Assembly: GCF_006345805.1 (NCBI RefSeq)
Contig: NW_021832899.1
Location: 1 to 30,295, forward strand
DNA length: 30,295 bases
Direction of reading: 5' to 3'
Source: Octopus sinensis
Taxonomy: Eukaryota
Below, one piece after another: positions 22,032-30,295 of this stretch (its first letter is position 1; each line of letters starts with the position of its first letter). A program made the position numbers and the translations under genes. The notes beneath the pieces were generated by a model. It was not told the origin of the DNA, did no database searches, and saw only the letters and a list, made by a program, of their open reading frames with translations.

Positions 22032-22447
22032 AGGCGTAGGAGTGGCTGTGTGGTAAGTAGCTTGCTTACCAACCACATGGTTCCGGGTTCAGTCCCACTG
22101 CGTGGCACCTTGGACTAGTGTCCTCTACTATGGCCTCTGGCCGTCCAATGCCTTGTGAGTGGATTTGGTAGACGAAAACTGAAAGAAGCCCGTCGTATAT
22201 ATGTATTTATATATATGTGTGTGTGTGTGTGTGTGTATGTTTGTGTGCTTGAGTTTACCCCCCCCCCCAACATCGCTTGACAACCGATGCTGGTGTGTTT
22301 ACGTTCCTGTAACTTAGCGGCTCGGCAAAAGAAACCGATAGAATAAGTACTAGACTTACAAAGAATAAGTCCTGGTGTCGATTTGCTCAACTGAAGGCGG
22401 TGCTCCAGCATGGCCGTAGTCAAGTGACTGAAACAAGTAAAAAGAGT
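22032..22447 (+). mobile_element. SINE family A, full length
   Basis: Colinear with 6763-7165. Confidence 0.92.
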
Positions 22448-22684
22448 AAGGCTAGACGGTGAGTGAATAAGAGATATTACACGCACAAATATAACTAGAT
22501 GCTGACAAGCATAAATAGGAGAGATACAGAGGCAGAGAGGACGAGAGTGAGGTGTAAAGAAGAATGAGAAAAGCATTGCAACATCTTTCACATAGGATTG
22601 CGTAAAAAAAACACTGATACCACCAAAACGGCTGCGCCGAAACGCTTCACGTCCCCAGTAGAACATATAACGACATATAACGAA

Positions 22685-22920
22685 GACGGCGGGCTGGCAG
22701 AAACGTTAGTACGCTGGGTGAAATGCGTAGCCGTATTTCGTCTGCCGTTACTACGTTCTGAGTTCAAATTCCGCCGAGGTCGACTTTGCCTTTCATCCTT
22801 TCGGGTTCGATTAAATAAGTATCAGTTACGCACTGGGGTCGATCTAATCAACTTAATCCGTTTGTCTGTTCTTGTTTATCCCCTCTATGTTGAGCCCCTT
22901 GTAGGCAATAAAAAAAATAA
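22685..22920 (+). mobile_element. SINE family B (B1 tail), full length, with 16-bp target-site duplication
   Basis: Head, central domain and tail are present. AGAACATATAACGACA occurs at 22660-22675 and 22920-22935. Confidence 0.9.
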
Positions 22921-23225
22921 GAACATATAACGACAACATGGCCAGGCCAAGAGATATGCAAGGGATGAGATTCACGGCTCAATACATTTCCTTTTTTTTT
23001 TTTTTTGCTCTCATTTATAAATTAATTAACACTTCACTTTCCTGCACACTTCCGCAGTAATTCAGAAATTTATAGTCAACTGGTGCGGAAGTTTTCAGAC
23101 GATTACAGTCTCCAAATAAGTGGAATCTAGCGTGAACGCATAAAACGAATCTTAGAATTACTTTGGTCACGGCCTCAAAGCATTTCTTTTCTGCTTTTGA
23201 GAGAGATAGGATGTGACTAACGTAC

Positions 23226-23292
23226 CTCTTCAGGTAATGTTTCAAATCCGCATGACTTCGGTTCGCAAGAGGTAGCGTTTCGTTTTCTTATA
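23226..23292 (-). CDS. Possible 67-nt internal exon (IRKRNATSCEPKSCGFETLPEE)
   Basis: Strong acceptor TTCTTTTTTTATTTCAG and strong donor GAG|GTACGT. Only one of the three frames is open. Confidence 0.35.
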
Positions 23293-23469
23293 CTGAAATA
23301 AAAAAAGAATCAGCGTCTAATTGTAGCGTGGCTTTGATACGCAAGTAAAAACCATATGACAATCACCATCGTAGGGACAATATCACGTCATCTCCATCGT
23401 CATCCTTCGATTGTTGAATGCAAAACGTGGTTTGTGAGACCTCAGATCGGAAGATTGTTCTGAATCAAA

Positions 23470-24283
23470 GGTGGCGAGCTGGCACAAACGTTAGCACATC
23501 GGGCGAAATGCTTAGCGATATTTCGTCTGTCTTTACGTTCCGTGTTCAAATTCTGCCGAGGTCGACTTTGCCTTTCATTCTTTCAGGGCCGATAAATTAC
23601 GTACCAGTTACGCACTTGAGTCGATGTAATCGACTTGATCCCTTTGTCTGTCCTTGTTTGTCTCCTCTATGTTTAGCCCTTTGTGGGCAATAAAGAAATA
23701 AGAAATGTTAGCACGCCGCGCGAAATGCTTAGCGGTATTTCGTCTGCCTCTATGTTCTGAGTTCAAATTCCGCCGAGGTCGACTTTGCCTTTCTTCCTTT
23801 CGGGTTCGATTAGATAAGTACCAGTTACGTACTGGGGTCGATATAATCGACTTAATCCCTTTGTCTGTCCTTGTTTGTCCACTCTGTGTTTAGCCCTTGT
23901 GGGTAGTAAAGAATTAGGTATTTCGTCTGCCGCTACGTTCTGAGTTCAAATTCCGCCGAGGTCGACTTTGCCTTTCATCATTTCAGTTACGCACTAGGGG
24001 TGATGTAATAAACTTAATCCGTTTGTCTGTCCTTGTTTGTCCCCTCTATATTTAGCCCCTTGTGGGCAATAAAGAAATAACGAACGTTAACGCGCCGGGC
24101 GAAATGCTTAGCGGCATTTCGTCTGTCTTTACGTAGTGAGTACAAATTCCGCCGAGGTCGACTTTGCCTTTCATCCTTTCAGGGTCGATAAATTAAGTAC
24201 TAGTTGCATACTGGAGTCGATCTAAACAACTGTCCCCCCTCCCCCAATTTCCGGGCCCTGTGCCTAGAGTAGAGAAGACTATA
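23470..24283 (+). mobile_element. Head-to-tail array of four family B SINEs (three with B1 tails, the last with a B2 tail)
   Basis: GCCGAGGTCGACTTTGCCTTTC occurs four times. Approximate units: 23470-23700, 23701-23915, 23917-24080 and 24081-24283. Confidence 0.9.
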
Positions 24284-24329
24284 AATCTATATATACGTAA
24301 ACGGACAAAACAGTCGTTCATTTCCTTAT

Positions 24330-24705
24330 AGGCCTAGGAGTAGCAGTGTGGTAAGTAGCTTGCTTACGAACCACATGGTTCCAAGTTCAGTCCCACTGCG
24401 TGTCACCTTGGGCAAGTGTCTTCTGCTATGTGTGTGTGTGTATACGTTTGTGTGTCTGTGTATACGTTTGTGTGTATGTGTATACGTTTGTGTGTCTGTG
24501 TTTGTCCCCTCCCCAACATCTCTTGACAACCGATGCTAGTGTGTTTACGTTCCCCTAACTTAGCGGTTCGGCAAAAGTGACCGATAGAATATGTACTAGG
24601 CTTACAAAGAATAAGTCCTGCCTGGGGTCGATTTGATCGACTAAAGGCGGTGCTCCATCATGGCCACAGTCAAATGACTGAAACAGGTAAAAGAGTATAA
24701 GAGTA
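24330..24705 (+). mobile_element. SINE family A, near full length with internal deletion
   Basis: Colinear with 6763-7165 except in the middle. Confidence 0.88.
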
Positions 24706-24729
24706 ATCTCTAATTTACTCTTGTACGCC

Positions 24730-24885
24730 GATCCGTCGCAAGGGTATTTATTTACAGCTGGGTGGACAGGATCAACCTGATATGAAATGTTTTGAACATG
24801 AACACGACGCACTGCTGGTCTGAGATTTGAAACTACGACCTCCACCACCACCACAATCGTGAATGCAACTCGCTAACCACTAAGT
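24730..24885 (-). mobile_element. Degenerate tRNA-derived CORE-like SINE
   Basis: Minus strand GTGGTTAGCGAGTTG...GTAGTTTCAAATCTCAGACC...TCCACCCAGCTGTAAAT. Confidence 0.5.
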
Positions 24886-24889
24886 CAGG

Positions 24890-25005
24890 TTTTGCAGCAT
24901 TTCGTTCGTCTGTCCCTTCTAAATTCGAATATCGCCGAAGACGGCTTCGTCATTCATCCTTTCGGGGCCGCTAAAATAGATACCAGTCAAATATCAGGGT
25001 TAAGT
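24890..25005 (+). mobile_element. Degenerate family B SINE
   Basis: CATTCATCCTTTCGGGGCCGCTAAAATAGATACCAG central domain remnant. Confidence 0.6.
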
Positions 25006-25494
25006 AACAGTAGCATAAATACTTATGCAGCGGGTCTGCAAAGCTGATTCTATCAACTCCATGTTCCAATTGGTAAACAAAGGAAGATTAAAGGTAAATC
25101 TTTAATCTTCAAACAATGGAAGACATCGATGGGATTTCAACTAAGAAAGTAAATGGCTCATCTCTAAGTATTACAAAGCATTTCGTCCGTCATTTTACCG
25201 CTTCTGATAAACCATTCGTTAACTACTAAGAATATAACAACACTGAGCGTATGGCTTTCGTTTTTTCTCTCACGCGTCCCTCTGCTGAGGTTCTATACAG
25301 TATATTGTATCAAATAATTGGTCCCATATTGGTTAGTTGAGATATATGGCGGCTCCTATTAGCAATGTTTTCCTCTTTGAAAAGAAGGAAAATAAAACTA
25401 CTATTTTTTTTTCTCGTCTTCTTGTTATCTTAGACTTCTTAATCGCGGACAGAAAAACGTTTGAATCAATTAACAAAATATATGTCTCAAATGT

Positions 25495-25697
25495 TTCGCA
25501 CGGGGCCAGCAATTTCGGGGAAGTGGGTAAGTCGATTTCATCGACTCCAGTGCTCAGCTGGATGATACTTATTTCAGCGGCCCTTGAAGGGATGAAAGGT
25601 AAAGTCGACTTCGGCGAAACGAACTCAATAAAAACACAGACGAAATGCCGATAAGAATTTGGCCTACGGCGCTAACGATTTTGCCAGCTCACCGCCC
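25495..25697 (-). mobile_element. SINE family B (B2 tail), diverged
   Basis: GGATGAAAGGTAAAGTCGACTTCGGCG...TTGCCAGCTCACCGCC. Confidence 0.8.
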
Positions 25698-26111
25698 TAT
25701 TTTTAAGGATAAGATACAAGATTCAATCTCCATTAGGAGTATAATATTACTGTTTTTCTTTACGGGTCAAGAAAAGCAATGAATGCGGATTCACTCCGAT
25801 GAACATTTAAATAATAAAGAATTGATTAACGAAACTTAGAGCGCCTGGAGTTTAAAGCCTAGAGCGTCTTTGCCGCATACCAAAATGAAAAAAGAAAAGA
25901 AAAAGAGGATTATGGGACCAAATTCAGAGTTTATGTGTGTTGCAGACATTAAAAATATCTAGAACATTCTTGTAATATGTTATTACTTCCTTCGCTTGAT
26001 TTTTTTATAAATTTATCCTGTGTTCCTTCTATTCCAGTTTGTGAATCCAAGCCACTTCCCCTGGTTTTCTTCCTTGCTTTCTTTTTACTCAAGATATTAA
26101 ATTTCCTACTA

Positions 26112-26334
26112 CAGTAACCTCTCGACTATCGCGGGTGTTACGGTCTAAAAACCCCTGCGATATGTGACAATCTGCGAAGTACAAACAGTACTGTACTGTA
26201 TATATTTAAAAATTATTTTTGTAATTTGTATATATGTATTTTATTATAAACGCAAAACAAAACCTCGGAGAAGTCGACGTAAGCTTAAATGATAAACCGC
26301 GATAGGTGAACCGCGATATGACGAGGGCTTACTG
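26112..26334. mobile_element. Tigger/pogo-like (Tc1/mariner superfamily) MITE, 223 bp
   Basis: Ends CAGTAACCTCTCGACTATCGCGG and CCGCGATATGACGAGGGCTTACTG (imperfect TIRs starting CAGTA). TA is present on both sides (26110-26111 and 26335-26336). Confidence 0.8.
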
Positions 26335-26374
26335 TATATCAATTCGCTGTTGTTCATTTACTTCATATCTTTTA

Positions 26375-26650
26375 GCTTTTGCTTGCTCCAGTCATTGAAC
26401 TCCGGCCAAGTTGCAGCACAACTTTGAAGGGTTTCAGTTGAACAAATCTACTCCGGCATTTATGTAGTATAGTCTTTCGTTTTCTTTTTTTAAGTTTGTA
26501 TATATTCTATCGGATTCTTTTGCCGAACTGCTAATTTCCAGAGACGTAAACGCACCAACACCGGTTATCAAGCGGTTAGGAGTGGTTGTAACAGACACAA
26601 AAACACACGCAAGAACACACACACACGCATATATAGTCACACACACATAT
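26375..26650 (-). mobile_element. SINE family A, 3' half (diverged)
   Basis: ATTCTATCGGATTCTTTTGCCGAAC...GTAAACGCACCAACACCGGTT...CAAGCG matches the reverse complement of the family A 3' half. Confidence 0.7.
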
Positions 26651-26654
26651 ATTT

Positions 26655-26935
26655 CTGGCGTCGGGACACGAACCGAAACAACGTTCAAACACATTCGGGT
26701 TTGTTTATAAAAATACTATTTATGTAGTTATATATATAAGGAGAATTCACAAAAAAGCAAAAGACGTAGACAACAAACAGATGTATTAGTATAACGCTCG
26801 GGAAGTGAAAAAGTCTTAACGTTTCGAGCCTAAGCTCTTCCGCAGAAAGGGCCACAGAAAGAAACAAGGAGAGAAAATAAAGAATGTGTAGTGGCTAGCG
26901 ATCTATCATGGCGAATGCCGGACACAAGGGTCATA
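26655..26935 (-). mobile_element. PLE-like terminal fragment nested in the internal microsatellite of a family A SINE, with a degenerate minimal hammerhead at 26849-26812
   Basis: Minus strand CTTT-CTGCGGA-A-GAGCTTAGGCTC-GAAA-CG-TT-AAGA. Shares sequence with 8910-8973 and separates the two SINE halves. Confidence 0.5.
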
Positions 26936-26944
26936 TATATATAT

Positions 26945-27120
26945 ACACAAACACGACGGGCTTCCAGACAATTTTCTTCTACCAAATACTCTCAGAAGGC
27001 ATTAGTCTGGTACGAGCTTATAGTAGATGACACTTGCTGAAAGTGCCGCGCTGTGGGACTGAACCTAAAGCCATGTAATTTCAACACGAGCTTCTTAGCC
27101 ACGCAGCTATGCCTGCACCT
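26945..27120 (-). mobile_element. SINE family A, 5' half (diverged)
   Basis: ACGACGGGCTTC...TATAGTAGATGACACTTGC...GTGGGACTGAACC. Confidence 0.7.
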
Positions 27121-27294
27121 TTGATTATTTATGTTTTTTAAACATTGTTGTTATTTTTTGTTTTGTTTAAGTATTTGTTGAGGGTATTTTTTTTGTGTAT
27201 TTTGCTTTGTCGTTTCGCTTTGCATCCCGACGGAGACGGGGCTTGAATCTAGATTATGTGTTACTTTTGTCTTTAATGTATATACTTATGTATA

Positions 27295-27321
27295 TGTATG
27301 CACGAGCACACACACACACAA

Positions 27322-27354
<33 letters not shown>

Positions 27355-27358
27355 TTAT

Positions 27359-27436
<78 letters not shown>

Positions 27437-28520
27437 GTGTATGTGTGTGCGCTGGCGCATGTGTGTGCGTTGGCGCATGTGTGTGTATGCTTGTGTGAAA
27501 CTATGCTTATTTGTGAAATTCTATGTGCTCGTGCGTATATGTTTGTATGTGTCTGTGTCCCTGTCTTCTGTGTATCTGTGTATGTGTGTGTATCTTCATC
27601 CATACACACTTGAGTGCTTTTGTGAAATAGTATTATTTGCTTAAATAAATATGTACGTATTAAGAGACACAAACACGTTATACATATACATCTACATGCA
27701 CATGTGCGATTGTGTGTGTGTGTGAACATTAGTATGTGAATATGCATCTATGTACGTTTGATATGTGTTTTTTTTTAAATGTATACGTATTCATATTCGA
27801 ATGTTAGATTCACCAAAAGCTTCTCTATCCTCTTTATGTGAGAGCATTTTAAATTACACACTCGGTGTCTAACATCATGTACTAAAAAAAATTTACTTGT
27901 ATTTTTAACGTTTTACACACACACACACACACACGCATATACACACAGACACATAAGCATGCGCACAAACATATACGTATGTATTAAAGTATATTCTATG
28001 TTTCTGAGTGTGTGTGTGTGTGTGTGTGTGAGCGAGTTTAATTGCAAGCATGTGTGGGTATGCGACCGTACACGTGGTTTTTTAGCGTGTGTATGTGTTT
28101 GCGAGTAAAATGCATTGTGTTGTATATTCGCTTTTGCTTTATTTTGTAAGGCGACGAATTATATTTCGGTTTATTTTAATCTAGCAAAAAAAAAAGGAAA
28201 CCACAAAGGTCTCAATCTGGTTCTCATAAAGACATGCGACTTCATTTGAAGCAGAGAAATATACATGTACGTGTGTATATATGTCTGTGCATGTATATGT
28301 ATATGTGCGTATATATGTATGTGTCTATAAAATATATAATGTAATATAATTATACAAATGTGTTCATATATACGTATATGTATATATGTATGTATATATG
28401 TGTATCTTTTTAATACGTCCCTCATTTTCTCTCTCTCTCTCTCTCTCTCAACACCCATGTACATACACACACACGCGCACACATACACACACACATACAC
28501 ACACACACACACACACGCAC
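27295..28520. repeat. Microsatellite-rich interval: (TA)n, (CA/TG)n, (CT)n
   Basis: Directly visible. Confidence 0.85.
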
Positions 28521-29119
28521 ATTGCAAAACAAATAATACGTAAAATACAAAGCACTAACAACTCCCTTCTTCCGTCTTTCACAAAACAATAAAAATAAGC
28601 AGAAAGGATCGGGTAGGTTAAGGGTAGGTTAAGGGCAGGTTAAAAGACGGCGAAGAAATAAAGACGGAATCTCGCCTTAAAACAAAGAACGAAAATCGTA
28701 AACCACAAAAATAACAGCAAAGAGACGCTGGTATTTCCTTTGCAAATATAGCGAAACAATAACTTGTAGTAAAAGATAAAAAGAAAAAGGGGACCAACGA
28801 GGGACTGATAACCAAAAGCGAGGAGGGCGAATTTTGTACGATATAAACAGGCCTTATAAATGTCCCAACGTGATATATACTTGCATATATATCTGAGAAG
28901 CAGAATGAAAAACTAGACAAATAAATTGATTTAGTTGGAGGAGCCGGTATCTTATTTTATGAGTCAATTTGACTTTGAACTGTGAAATTCATAAATCTAT
29001 AGTTAACGACTTTGATACAGAGATAAACATCATGTTTCGTGATGAAATGGAGTTAAAATTGCTTAAGGAAACAACTACAAATTGAAAATAAAAGAGAGAA
29101 AACAAACTCAATCGCTTAC

Positions 29120-29267
29120 CTTCTTACCTTATATTTCAATATTTGCCTCAAAAACCCTTTATCACAAGCAAAATGGAATATAAGCTTAGCTCTTATCTGT
29201 CTCGTAAAAAGCTTTTCAAGGAATCTGCTTACACAAGGCAACAATGTATGTATACTTATCATCTCTC
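29120..29267 (-). CDS. Possible exon (EMISIHTLLPCVSRFLEKLFTRQIRAKLIFHFACDKGFLRQILKYK...) with two tandem donors
   Basis: Acceptor CCTTATTGTTGACAG. Donors AAG|GTAAGA (exon end 29128) and AAG|GTAAGC (exon end 29120). One frame is open and I recognise no homology. Confidence 0.25.
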
Positions 29268-30295
29268 CTGTCAACAATAAGGACGTATTTACGAGCTCAT
29301 GTGATCTACTATATGGCATGTAATAAATGTGGTTGGATCTTATATACTCTTATGTTGGAATTACTGTTAGCGATAAACAATACGTTTATACAAATGTTTC
29401 TTCCGTTAGAAAACATTTGAAGAAATCTCATAACCACAATAATACGCTTATCTACAAAATCTCAGAACGGAATGCTGGAAATTTGAAAATTCAGAAGGCT
29501 CTCCTTGTTAATAAATTATACCTTTGCATAAACAACAGACAAGAAATGTGCGACGCTAATTAGTATAGTACCTGCGCAGATTAGAAATTCTAGAAATATC
29601 GACCGAATCCCACCCTACTGTGTTCTGGTGTTGCAAAAAGATTATAATCCCTGGAACACTTCCAGGAATTAGCAAGTTTGACGCTTTTTTTGTTTACACC
29701 CAAGAAGATTTTAAGTGAGATGGCTTATAATCAAGATCTGCTAGCGCAAGTCATGTCATTTTCAGGTGAATGTTCAGACGTGCATCAGGTGGCGCGCACA
29801 ATACAAAGCGCAAGATGGATAGTTATTGAAATACTAAAAACTTAAGGCGTATTAAGACGAATTTGGAACGTGTTTATAATCTGTAACACTTTAAACAGAG
29901 AGAACATCTTTCAAGATTTCGCTAGCAGACTTAATTCGTCGTTAAAAGTAAGGGAGGCCCGAAATAGTCGACGGTATAACCCTAAATTATTCTTAAATCT
30001 AAAACTTTTTGATATCGTTGATCACAATAAATATTCCTTTCAGAGATAAATATTCCTTTCAGTCACTAGAAAAGATAGTATTGATTACTTTGGGTATAAA
30101 ACTTGCAAAATTTCACCGTGGAATGAAATGAAGGACACACTGAAATCTTGACCATAATGGACCTAAGCAATGAGTTCAGGCATCGAGATAGAAACAAGGA
30201 AATGAAACATTCTGGCTCAACCGTTTCTACGCTGCTTATTTGGCGTTGCTGATACGACGCTGACTTTTTGACATTACTGCTATCGTTCTTCCCTT

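Noticed and set aside
23470-24283. Regularly repeated blocks that superficially resemble a CRISPR array
   Set aside because: The units are ~160-230-bp SINE copies without unique spacers, the context is eukaryotic and there are no cas genes.
22598-24854. ORFs such as CVAVFRLPLLRSEFKFRRGRLCLSSFR and RRHLPKVTRSGTE
   Set aside because: They are translations of SINE families A and B. The same peptides recur wherever the SINEs occur.
25927-26109. 60-codon open minus frame RKFNILSKKKARKKTRGSGLDSQ...
   Set aside because: The strand is purine-rich, so stops are depleted. The acceptor sits against the MITE end and the donor phase does not fit the other candidate exons.
28610-28644. GGGTAGGTTAA x3 as a telomere-like or G-quadruplex signal
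   Set aside because: There are only three units, it is not TTAGGG, and it has too few G-runs to support a claim.
29720-29845. 41-aa plus-strand ORF MAYNQDLLAQVMSFSGECSDVHQVARTIQSARWIVIEILKT, vaguely like a Tc1 N-terminal HTH
   Set aside because: It is short, with no DDE domain or TIRs detected nearby.

Overview
This is repeat-dense, AT-rich eukaryotic DNA, most likely from an octopod cephalopod. That assignment is inferred from the SINE families and the very high microsatellite density. No prokaryotic features, CRISPR array or complete gene are visible, and nearly all ORFs in the supplied track are translations of microsatellites or SINEs. The window contains: (i) decayed Tx1/L1-clade LINE pieces at 1-1440, including a CCHC zinc knuckle; (ii) about 20 tRNA-derived SINE copies of three families, often in same-strand tandem clusters; (iii) a Tigger/pogo-like MITE with a TA target duplication; (iv) Penelope-like (PLE) terminal fragments carrying minimal hammerhead-like motifs; (v) three long inverted repeats of 330-580 bp; and (vi) a few weak candidate minus-strand exons. 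The most notable object is at 16021-16568. It is a non-coding, highly structured tandem unit (~357-bp monomer, ~1.45 copies) with a near-canonical type I hammerhead ribozyme, a Schistosoma-type CAAAUA loop II, a self-complementary stem III and a TATA-like box just upstream. It also has a perfect 36-bp inverted terminal copy and lies within (TA)n. It is a candidate cephalopod non-LTR retrozyme, probably mobilised by PLE machinery. All calls were made by eye without database searches.
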